A stretch of 46,726 nucleotides of DNA from Calditrichota bacterium (GTDB lineage Bacteria > Calditrichota > Calditrichia > JAJRVZ01), in NCBI GenBank assembly GCA_024277055.1, contig JAJRVZ010000080.1, forward strand, positions 1 to 46,726, read 5' to 3'. The position numbers and the translations under genes were made by a program. Numbering within the stretch: the stretch's first letter is position 1; every line of letters begins with the position of its first letter. The notes beneath the pieces are model-generated. The model made no database searches. It saw only the letters and a list, made by a program, of their open reading frames with translations, and was not told the DNA's origin. Of the stretch, positions 21,032-29,125 are shown piece after piece.

Positions 21032-22276
21032 ATGGCAACGATCAGACCTTTCAGAGGATTGCGACCGAAACCGGAACTCGCAAAAAAAGTGGCGGCCCCC
21101 CCCTACGATGTAATCAACCGCAAGGAGGCGCGGTTACTGGCAAAAGATAATCCCGATTCCTTTTTGCATGTAAACAAGCCTGAAATTGATCTGCCCGATG
21201 ATATCGGATTATACGATGAACAGGTTTACAAAAAAGGTGCGCAAAACCTGCAGGCGCTCATCGATCGCGGCGTACTGTTTCAGGATGATGAGCCGTGTTT
21301 TTATCTTTACAAGCAGATTATGGGCGAGCACAGTCAAATCGGGATAGTAGCCGCCGCATCAGTGGAAGAATATAAGAAAGATCTGATCAAAAAACATGAA
21401 TTAACACGAGTGGAAAAAGAAGACGATCGTCTGAGCCATATCCTCAGTCTCAAGGCGCAGGTCGGACCTGTTTTTCTCACCTATCAGGCAAAAAGCAGTA
21501 TCGATCTTCTGGTTGAATTGCGTACGGAGCAGGAACCGGATTATGATTTCAAATCGGATGACGGCATTCGGCATACCCTGTGGGTAATAAAAGACAAAAC
21601 TACGGTTACTCAGTTCACCAACGAATTTAAAACCATACCGCATCTGTATGTCGCAGACGGTCATCACCGCTCCGCCGCCGCTGCACGCGCCTGTGAAACG
21701 CTGAAAGCAAAAAATCCGAACCACACCGGTGAGGAGCCGTACAATTATTTTCTCTCGGTTATCTTTCCCCACAACCAGATGTATATTATGGATTATAACC
21801 GGGTGGTGAAGGATCTAAACGGACTTTCGGTTCAGCAATTCCTGGAAGCGGTAGAAGAAAAATTCCTGATCCGTGAAATTGCGGGTGACCGGCCCTACAA
21901 ACCGATAACGCGCCACGATTTCGGCATGTATGTTGATTTCAAATGGTATAAAATCTCAGCGATTCCCGGCACGTGGAACGAAGCCGATCCGGTAGATAAA
22001 CTGGATGTAAGCATCTTGTACAATAACCTGTTGCGGCCGGTGCTGAATATCGGCGACCCGCGTACCGACAAACGCATTGATTTTGTCGGCGGTATCCGCG
22101 GAATGGACGGTCTGCAGAAAAGAGTGGATTCCGGTGAAATGCAGGTTGCCTTTTCGCTGCACCCGACTTCCATTGAAGAACTGATGGCCATTGCCGATGC
22201 CGGCAAAACCATGCCCCCGAAATCAACCTGGTTCGAGCCTAAACTGCGCAGCGGTCTTGTTGTGCACATGCTGTAA
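21032..22276 (+). CDS. DUF1015-family protein (uncharacterised)
   Basis: The N-terminus MATIRPFRGLRPKPELAKKVAAPPYDVI is the hallmark start of DUF1015 proteins, and the internal YVADGHHR motif is present. I prefer the ATG at 21032 over the TTG at 21020. Confidence 0.85.
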   Translation: MATIRPFRGLRPKPELAKKVAAPPYDVINRKEARLLAKDNPDSFLHVNKPEIDLPDDIGLYDEQVYKKGAQNLQALIDRGVLFQDDEPCFYLYKQIMGEHSQIGIVAAASVEEYKKDLIKKHELTRVEKEDDRLSHILSLKAQVGPVFLTYQAKSSIDLLVELRTEQEPDYDFKSDDGIRHTLWVIKDKTTVTQFTNEFKTIPHLYVADGHHRSAAAARACETLKAKNPNHTGEEPYNYFLSVIFPHNQMYIMDYNRVVKDLNGLSVQQFLEAVEEKFLIREIAGDRPYKPITRHDFGMYVDFKWYKISAIPGTWNEADPVDKLDVSILYNNLLRPVLNIGDPRTDKRIDFVGGIRGMDGLQKRVDSGEMQVAFSLHPTSIEELMAIADAGKTMPPKSTWFEPKLRSGLVVHML

Positions 22277-22506
22277 CCAGCGAAATGGCAAAAGGGTGAA
22301 GTTAAACTCACGGTGTTACCTCCTCAAAGATGATATGGCTCGCCTCTCGCGAAACATATGGATTGCAGGAGCAATTCGGTTTCAAGAGAATTAAAGCCAT
22401 GATGGATTTGATTCCGCAGAAGTGATTGCCGGATGAGATCGGTATGCCGATTTCAGTGATACCGAATGAGTTATGAAACTTTTATTCCATTTTTGTTATT
22501 AATGAA

Positions 22507-23850
22507 ATGGCTCTTTCAAAACAAGCAAAACTAACCGACGGACCGGTCGGCGAGACTCTCGTACGTCTGACGATTCCCATGATCGGAGGAATCGTAGCCA
22601 TTATGCTGTTCAACATTGCCGACACCTATTTTCTCGGTCAACTGGGCAGCGAGCAGCTGGCGGCGATCAGCTTCACTTTCCCGGTCATATTCATCATCGG
22701 CAGTGTCGCGCTCGGCCTGGGCACCGGTACGGCTTCTGTGCTTTCCCGCGCCATCGGTAAAGGGGACCGAAGCCGCATTCGGCGACTTTCAACCGACAGT
22801 CTTTTACTCTCTGTTTCCCTGGTGATCGTGCTCGCCGTTTTGGGTTTACTGACCATCCGGCCGCTGTTTTCACTGCTGGGCGCAGATGGCCGGATTCTTG
22901 AAATGGTCGAAGAGTACATGACCATCTGGTACATCGGTATTGTGTTTTTAATCGTGCCGATGGTCGGCAACAGCGCCATTCGTGCCACCGGCGACACGAA
23001 AATACCCGGACTGATTATGGTTTTCAGCGCAGTCATCAATATTGTTCTGGACCCGATACTGATTTTCGGATACGGAATCTTTCCGCGTATGGAAATAAAA
23101 GGTGCCGCCATTGCTACGGTTTTCGCACGTGCGCTTACGCTGCTGGCGAGTCTTGCCGTTCTGCACTTCCGCGAACATTTAATTGACTGGAAATGGGCCG
23201 GCTGGAAGCATATCCGGAGCTCCTGGCAAGAAATATTGTATGTCGGGTTGCCGGCTTCGGCTACCAATACCATGGTACCGCTATCGATGGCAATTGTTAC
23301 CGCCATGGTTGCTCAGTACGGACCAAAGGCCGTAGCCGGATTCGGTGTCGGCGGCCGTATCGATGCCCTGGCGCTGATGGTGATTATGGCCCTTAGTGTT
23401 TCACTGGGTCCTTTTGTCGGGCAAAACTGGGGAGCAAAAAACTTCGGGCGCGTGAAAACAGCACTGAAACTATCCCGTAAATTTACTTTATTGTGGGGAA
23501 TTGGTGTCGGACTTTTCGTAATTATTCTCGCACCGCATATCGGCCCGGTATTCAACGAAGATCCGATCGTTATCGAAACCATAAAACATTACCTGTGGAT
23601 CGTCCCGGTCAGCTACGGATTGCAGGGGCTGGTAATGATTACCGGCTCAACTTTCAACACTATCAATCGTCCTTTGCGTTCAACGATGCTTACGGTCCTG
23701 CGCCTGTTTGTTTTTTACATTCCGCTGGCCTTAATCGCCGGTCGCTTTTTTGAAGCAAATGGCATTTTCGCCGGGCTGAGTGCGGCTAATTTTCTCAGCG
23801 GACTGGTTGCCTTATACTGGCTGCATAAACATCTGCTGCGATCCATATAA
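22507..23850 (+). CDS. MATE-family efflux transporter
   Basis: 447 aa with 12 predicted TM helices. The N-terminal string LTIPMIGG....LFNIADTYFLGQLG and a duplicated 6-TM architecture are typical of MATE/NorM-like exporters. Confidence 0.9.
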   Translation: MALSKQAKLTDGPVGETLVRLTIPMIGGIVAIMLFNIADTYFLGQLGSEQLAAISFTFPVIFIIGSVALGLGTGTASVLSRAIGKGDRSRIRRLSTDSLLLSVSLVIVLAVLGLLTIRPLFSLLGADGRILEMVEEYMTIWYIGIVFLIVPMVGNSAIRATGDTKIPGLIMVFSAVINIVLDPILIFGYGIFPRMEIKGAAIATVFARALTLLASLAVLHFREHLIDWKWAGWKHIRSSWQEILYVGLPASATNTMVPLSMAIVTAMVAQYGPKAVAGFGVGGRIDALALMVIMALSVSLGPFVGQNWGAKNFGRVKTALKLSRKFTLLWGIGVGLFVIILAPHIGPVFNEDPIVIETIKHYLWIVPVSYGLQGLVMITGSTFNTINRPLRSTMLTVLRLFVFYIPLALIAGRFFEANGIFAGLSAANFLSGLVALYWLHKHLLRSI

Positions 23851-24297
23851 ATTTTCAGAATTTGGTGAAAAACTAATCCACGAACTGAAACGTTTTTTCC
23901 GGTTTGTCGGCAAATTTTTGTAAATCGATCAGAAATGTCGCCGTTTATTTCAACGAAAATTTTCATCCGCCCCAAACCGGATTCTGCTCTCGGCATCGAT
24001 TCCGGTTCCAGCCGGTGGGGCAGTAAATCCCCGTTTCCGATGGTTTCCCAACCGGACTATAGCGTTGACGAATCAGAAGCACATCATCATTTTTACCAAA
24101 TGTGATACTACAGAGTAAAAATACGGAAAACATTATTCAATACTTATGTTCATTGCCCCGTTTGCGATTTAAAGACCCGATGAGATAACGCGGACGTTAA
24201 TTGAAAGTTTTCAGATTTATTCACGGACATTTGCAATAAATCATGAGTTATGTTAAAGGCGATTTAAGCATTCAAATCGGAAAATTTATTCGAAAGA

Positions 24298-25623
24298 TTA
24301 TTGAATACCGAAGCGTTCCATCATGGAATATAGTTTTCTGCGGGTTATCGAAAGCAGCTCCGCTGCGCGGGTTTTGTTTCCATCGGCTTTGCGGAGAGCG
24401 GCACGTATAAGATTTTTTTCGACTTCTTCCAGATCGATACCTTCTTCCGGGATATCGAATAGTCCCGGTACACTGCTTGTCTGAACCTGCAAATCCGGCA
24501 GGTGCTGAATGTCGATGGCGCCATCGGCGATAATTGCCGCTCTTTCCAGTACATTCTGCAATTCGCGGATATTGCCGGGCCAGTCGTATTCCATCATCAG
24601 ATTGCGGGCGGCGGGGGTGAGCGAATGACGTTTATCCTCACCCAGGAAATGCTGGATCAGCGCCGGGATGTCTTCTTTTCGGTCACGGAGCGGCGGCAGA
24701 TTTACCGGGAAAATATTAATCCGGTAAAACAGATCCGAACGGAATTGCCCCTGCCTGATCAGTTCTTCAAGGTCCTGATGGGTGGCGGCAATCACCCGTA
24801 CATCAACATACACGGGTTCTGTTCCACCCACACGCACGATCTGCCGGTTCTGCAGAACACGCAGCAGTTTTGCCTGCAGGCTCAGCGGCATATCGCCGAT
24901 TTCATCCAGAAAAATGGTTCCGCCGTCGGCAACTTCAAACAGACCGGTTTTGCGCTGTGCGGCACCGGTAAAAGCGCCTTTTTCATACCCGAACAGCTCG
25001 CTTTCCAGCAGGTTTTCCGGAACCGCAGCACAATTAATAGTAACGAACCTCTTTTCGGCCCGCTCGCTTTTTTCATGTATCGCCTCGGCTATCAGTTCTT
25101 TGCCTGTGCCGCTTTCGCCACGAATCAGCACGGTGGCATCGCTGCCGGCCACCCGTTCGATCAACCGGAAAACCTCGCGCATTTTAGCGCTGCGTCCGAT
25201 GATTTTCCGGAACTCCGCACCACTCTCTTGTTTGCGCAGACGCCGGTTTTCTTCTTCCAGCATTTTATGTTTCATGATCCGTTCGACGCGCAGCACCAGT
25301 TCTTCCATTTCAAACGGTTTTATCAGGTAATCGTAGGCGCCGAGTCGCATGGCCTCAACGGCGGTCTGCTGGGAAGCAAAGGCGGTTATTAAAATGACTT
25401 CGGTCGCTGTTTTTTTTTCGCGTACATGTTTTAAAACATCCAGGCCGCCTATTCTGTCCATTTTCAGATCGGTGATAACAATTTCGATCGGATTATTGTC
25501 GATTTTCTGCAAAGCCTCTTCACCGGAAAAGGCCATCAGAACCCGGTGCTGTTCCATTTCCAGCGCGGTTCTGATCAGTTTGCACATGCGTTCTTCGTTA
25601 TCGACAACTAAAATAGTAGCCAT
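24298..25623 (-). CDS. NtrC-family sigma-54-dependent response regulator (REC-AAA+-HTH)
   Basis: Receiver (ILVVDNEE, IVITDLKM, ILITAF, YLIKPF). AAA+ domain with GESGTGKE, GAFTGA and FLDEIGDM. C-terminal HTH (KTRAAELLSITRRKLYSMMERFG). Confidence 0.93.
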   Translation of the reverse strand: MATILVVDNEERMCKLIRTALEMEQHRVLMAFSGEEALQKIDNNPIEIVITDLKMDRIGGLDVLKHVREKKTATEVILITAFASQQTAVEAMRLGAYDYLIKPFEMEELVLRVERIMKHKMLEEENRRLRKQESGAEFRKIIGRSAKMREVFRLIERVAGSDATVLIRGESGTGKELIAEAIHEKSERAEKRFVTINCAAVPENLLESELFGYEKGAFTGAAQRKTGLFEVADGGTIFLDEIGDMPLSLQAKLLRVLQNRQIVRVGGTEPVYVDVRVIAATHQDLEELIRQGQFRSDLFYRINIFPVNLPPLRDRKEDIPALIQHFLGEDKRHSLTPAARNLMMEYDWPGNIRELQNVLERAAIIADGAIDIQHLPDLQVQTSSVPGLFDIPEEGIDLEEVEKNLIRAALRKADGNKTRAAELLSITRRKLYSMMERFGIQ

Positions 25624-25633
25624 GGTGGTAGGG

Positions 25634-26782
25634 TTATTTTAATATGGCCCGCAGCAGGATCAGAAAACCTTTTTTATTGTTTTTAATTAATTCCAGATTG
25701 CGGGAAGCATCGGTGTAGTTTTTATTCAGTTTTACGGCTTTTTCAAATTCAGCCATTGATTTCAGAAAAAGATTGCGGCACTGGATCATGTGAATCGTAC
25801 CGAGTTCGTTCCAGTAATCGGCGAACTGGCTGCGCTCCGGCGCCTGTTCATTGATCCGCTTTTCATAGATTTCCAGCTCTTCCCGGTCCAGCTCGCGACC
25901 ACCGTACATAAATTTCAGATAAAATGATTCAACAACGGAATTGATCTTTAAATGACCAACCAGTTTTAATTGCAACTCTTCCAGGGCTGTCAGCACATCA
26001 TCACGATTGCCATCGTGCAGAATAGCCAGGGTACGTTCAAAAATGTCCTGCCATTCCGATTCCGAATACCTTTCCAGATTGCGCAGTGCTTTGACATAGC
26101 GGATCACTCTTTGAGGCAATACGACATTTTCATCCGCTTCCCCGCCTTCGATGGTACTGCGAAACAGGACCACTCCCAGATTGAAATTCGCCTCATCAAA
26201 ACCGGGATTCTTTTCTATCGCCTGTTGTAAAACCTGTGAAGCACGATCGTAGTTTCGGGTCAGTGTTAACGCCACCCCCAAAGTATTGGCGATGTCCGGA
26301 AAATCCGGCCGCATTTCATAACTTTTCTCAAGAACGGCTACGGCTTCATCATACTGACCGTTTAATATATAGGCCCTGCCGAGACGCACATAGGCGGGTA
26401 CGAAATCATTTTTCAATTCAATGGCACGTTTAAAATTTTCGATGGCCTCCGGGATAAAATTACGATCATAAAAAACCGAGGCCAGTTTGAAATGTGGCAT
26501 GTACTGTTTCAGCAATCGGATTTTCGAATGTACATAAAAGAGCATATTGATTTCTTCCAGCGTCTCTTTATGCAGCTTCCCGGCAATATTTTTCAGGTAT
26601 TCCTGCTGTGATTCATCCTGGTCGTCATTGCGTACTTCAAAATCAAATTCACGGGAAGTAATAAATTTTCCCGATTCAAAAATCTCAGAAAGAATAAGGC
26701 TTTTTTCAACGATGCTGCCGGTGTGAATATGAAATTCGCGGTCGTTCAGTTTTATTTTGCTGTGATATCCGAAAGTCTTCAA
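25634..26782 (-). CDS. TPR-repeat protein with uncharacterised ~90-aa N-terminal domain
   Basis: TPR-like helical repeats (AIENFKRAIELKNDFVPAYVRLGRAYILNGQYDEAVAVLEKSYEMRPDF..., AMAEFEKAVKLNKNYTDA). TTG start. The ORF ends 10 nt before the NtrC-type gene. Confidence 0.75.
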   Translation of the reverse strand: MKTFGYHSKIKLNDREFHIHTGSIVEKSLILSEIFESGKFITSREFDFEVRNDDQDESQQEYLKNIAGKLHKETLEEINMLFYVHSKIRLLKQYMPHFKLASVFYDRNFIPEAIENFKRAIELKNDFVPAYVRLGRAYILNGQYDEAVAVLEKSYEMRPDFPDIANTLGVALTLTRNYDRASQVLQQAIEKNPGFDEANFNLGVVLFRSTIEGGEADENVVLPQRVIRYVKALRNLERYSESEWQDIFERTLAILHDGNRDDVLTALEELQLKLVGHLKINSVVESFYLKFMYGGRELDREELEIYEKRINEQAPERSQFADYWNELGTIHMIQCRNLFLKSMAEFEKAVKLNKNYTDASRNLELIKNNKKGFLILLRAILK

Positions 26783-26824
26783 CTCGTCTTTCCCATTAAT
26801 TCAAAAATAAATATAATCGTCGGT

Positions 26825-26853
26825 ATTATAACATTCAACAGTATAATATTCAA
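26825..26853 (-). promoter_or_regulatory. candidate sigma-70-type promoter for the TPR/NtrC-type pair
   Basis: The minus strand reads TTGAAT-N17-TATAAT (perfect -10, 17-nt spacer), about 40 nt upstream of the TPR start. Confidence 0.5.
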
Positions 26854-26939
26854 AACAAACTAATCTTTGAGAATATTCGGAATTGTGATGCAGCTAACTT
26901 GAAGGTATTTTATTCAGGCCGGTATTGATAAAGCGCCGC

Positions 26940-27350
26940 TCAGTGCAGGGCGGTATTTTGCAATGAATCCGATTTCCGGGAAAATAAAAGTTTATCCAGC
27001 TTATTTTTAAGGATTCCCACATCAAACGGTTTGGCAATATAATCGTCCGCATCATTCAGAATGAGATTCTCGGTACCGCGATCGGCATCGAAAAACATGT
27101 ACATAACGATAATTTTGATTTCCGGCCGGGTCATTTTAATCTGATGCAACAGGTTGCGCAGATTTGCCAGCGGAAAATCAATACCTGTCAGCAGCACATC
27201 GATGGGGTGATAGGCTATTCGTTCCAGCAGTTTCTGCGGTTCGGCACAAATGTGCACAATATAGTTTTCTTCCAGGTAAATACGAATGCTGTCGGCAAGG
27301 TCTTTATCCTGTTCCAGTATCAAAACCTGTTTTTTATTCTTAATCGGCAT
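26940..27350 (-). CDS. single-domain response-regulator receiver-like protein lacking the canonical phospho-acceptor Asp (pseudo-receiver)
   Basis: CheY-like pattern VLILEQDKD ... DVLLTGIDFP ... IIVMYM ... DDYIAKPF. By eye, the acidic pair is E-Q, the D57 position aligns to T/G, T87 aligns to Y and K109 is conserved. I prefer the ATG at 27350; the ORF track extends to the TTG at 27428. Confidence 0.7.
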   Translation of the reverse strand: MPIKNKKQVLILEQDKDLADSIRIYLEENYIVHICAEPQKLLERIAYHPIDVLLTGIDFPLANLRNLLHQIKMTRPEIKIIVMYMFFDADRGTENLILNDADDYIAKPFDVGILKNKLDKLLFSRKSDSLQNTALH

Positions 27351-27362
27351 GGCAGGTATTTG

Positions 27363-27378
27363 TGCAATATATATGCCA
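27363..27378 (-). promoter_or_regulatory. sigma-54 (-24/-12) promoter candidate
   Basis: The minus strand reads TGGCAT-ATATA-TTGCA with exact consensus GG-N10-GC spacing. The predicted TSS (~27352) falls 2 nt before the ATG at 27350. It is the only such match I found on either strand, and it fronts a cluster that encodes a sigma-54 activator. Confidence 0.5.
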
Positions 27379-27636
27379 GTCACCGTCAAGATCGGCGGTC
27401 GGCTGAAAACGGCTACAAAATTAAACAATTTTTTATTTTATCTCCACTAAACAGGAGTTTTAATGCAGATTTCTTCCCAGAAAAACAAATTGAAGGTTCG
27501 TATTTCCCAATATTAGGAATAATTCCGAAGAAAAATTTGAAATTGTGCCGAGTATAAATTATTCATTTTTCAATCAATGGCAAAATTCGTAAATTACCCC
27601 CACTCAAAACAATTGATCGGATAACATTGGATATTC

Positions 27637-28776
27637 ATGGTTGCTGAAAGACGGCTTTCCCGGGAAGAAAGAAAGAACTTTATTCAACTGCGCAGAAATT
27701 TTAATGCGCCGGTAATCGGTATTACCGGTCACGTGGGAAAAACAACCACCCGGGAAATGATCTGCTCGGTGCTTTCGCATCATGGAAAGGTGCTGAAACA
27801 TCATCACGGAAAGGGCAACTGGAAAAACAATATTCACACGCTTGAAAAACTTTCTCCGGAATTTGATTATGCCATTTTCGAATTCGATTTTGAGAGCGGC
27901 AACCGCTTCGGGGAAATCCTTCGCCTCATAAAACCGAATATCGGACTGGTAACGAATATCGGTGATGCCCATCTTTCCTATCTGGGCGGTATGATCAACA
28001 TTGCCCTGAGCCGTTCGGAAATCGTCAAATATCTGGCCCGGGACGGAGTGGCCATCCTGAATAAAGATGATGAATTAAGTTCCACGGTCAGCCAGTATAT
28101 AACCAGCAACAAGGTCATTAAATTCGGCCTTAATCAAAACGGAGAATACTTCGCTTCGGATATTGAACATCTGGGTCCGCTCGGCACGCGCTTTACCCTG
28201 AATAACAGTTATTCCGTTAATATTCCGGTTTACAGTATTCCGGATGTTTATAATTTTCTGTCCGCCACAGCCGCACTGGTGCAGCTGGGATTCAGTATCG
28301 AAGAGATCGTGGAAACCTTTCAGTCCAACTTCAGTTTACCACCCGGACGTGGAAAAATGTATCGGTTGAACGGTTATTATATTCTTGATGAAAGTTACGG
28401 CGCATCCATGCGTTCGGTAGCGAAGGCTACGAGGTCGCTGGTCGGTTTCAAACCACATGTCGAGAAACTGATCGTCATTATCGGAGATATGATCGAATCC
28501 GGTCCGAATGTCGAGGAAGTTCATCTTAACATGGGTTATTTTATCTCAGCACTGCCCATCGATTGCGTGATAACCGTGGGCAATTACGCACACCTGATCG
28601 GAAAAGGGGTGTCATTGATTCAATCCAGGGAAAAAATGGTAATCAATTGTAATTCGATCAATGATATTCTCAGGTCCATCAAACCGGTAATCGGTAACAG
28701 CGCGGTAATACTTGTTCAGGGTATCGGACAGGTGGGAACCCACAGGATCATAAAATTTTTAGAAAACGGAGATTGA
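27637..28776 (+). CDS. Mur-ligase-family protein, MurF-like but lacking the N-terminal substrate-binding domain
   Basis: P-loop VIGITGHVGKTTTREM lies only about 30 aa from the N-terminus. EFDYAIFEFD, NIGDAHLSYLG and the C-terminal LDESYGAS and IIGDMIESG are collinear with MurF (EYDYAVIELG, AAHLEGFG, DDSYNAN, VGDMAELG). The gene is outside any dcw context. Confidence 0.75.
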   Translation: MVAERRLSREERKNFIQLRRNFNAPVIGITGHVGKTTTREMICSVLSHHGKVLKHHHGKGNWKNNIHTLEKLSPEFDYAIFEFDFESGNRFGEILRLIKPNIGLVTNIGDAHLSYLGGMINIALSRSEIVKYLARDGVAILNKDDELSSTVSQYITSNKVIKFGLNQNGEYFASDIEHLGPLGTRFTLNNSYSVNIPVYSIPDVYNFLSATAALVQLGFSIEEIVETFQSNFSLPPGRGKMYRLNGYYILDESYGASMRSVAKATRSLVGFKPHVEKLIVIIGDMIESGPNVEEVHLNMGYFISALPIDCVITVGNYAHLIGKGVSLIQSREKMVINCNSINDILRSIKPVIGNSAVILVQGIGQVGTHRIIKFLENGD

Positions 28777-28777
28777 A

Positions 28778-29125
28778 GTGCACGAGATGTCCATCGCGCA
28801 AAGTATCGTTGAAATTGTGGAAGAAACCATGGCCGGTCAAAACGGAAACGGAAAACTGAAGGAAGTTGTCGTGGAAATCGGGGAACTGGTCGCAGTCGTA
28901 CCGGATTCCCTGGAATTCTGTTACCAGGCTCTTGTACAGGATACGCCCTATACTGATTCCAAAATCAGGATTGAAATCCTGCCGCTGACCGGTAATTGCA
29001 CGGATTGCAATAAACAGTTCCATGTTGAAAACTTCATGTTTAATTGTCCCTATTGCGACAGCGTAACCATTGAAATACTCAGTGGGCAGAATGAACTGAA
29101 TATTAAATATCTGGAGATCGAATAA
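28778..29125 (+). CDS. hypA: hydrogenase/urease nickel-insertion metallochaperone HypA
   Basis: N-terminus MHEMSIAQSIVEIV and zinc site CTDC...CPYC, 115 aa. The GTG start lies 1 nt after the upstream stop. Confidence 0.9.
   Translation: MHEMSIAQSIVEIVEETMAGQNGNGKLKEVVVEIGELVAVVPDSLEFCYQALVQDTPYTDSKIRIEILPLTGNCTDCNKQFHVENFMFNCPYCDSVTIEILSGQNELNIKYLEIE

Noticed and set aside
22420-22470. Hairpin TCGGTAT-(13 nt)-ATACCGA, and possible riboswitch upstream of the MATE exporter.
   Set aside because: No U-tract follows the hairpin. I recognise none of the conserved cores of the guanidine (ykkC), fluoride or other efflux-associated riboswitches.
23935-24105. 56-aa plus-strand ORF (MSPFISTKIFIRPKPDSALGIDSGSS...) in the MATE/NtrC gap. 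The overlapping 93-aa minus-strand ORF 23715-23996 was also considered.
   Set aside because: Neither has an RBS, recognisable domain or protein-like composition. The minus-strand ORF overlaps the MATE C-terminus. Both are mentioned only as part of the unassigned gap.
27429-27636. Possible missing N-terminal domain of the MurF-like gene as a frameshifted pseudogene remnant.
   Set aside because: All three forward frames of this AT-rich 208-bp region are broken by stops, and the longest reading frames are 15-17 aa. It is also too short for the ~90-aa domain. The truncation looks genuine rather than a recent frameshift.
27604-27972. 122-aa minus-strand ORF spanning the start of the MurF-like gene.
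   Set aside because: It overlaps the P-loop-encoding part of a clearly homologous Mur-ligase frame on the other strand and has no recognisable motifs.
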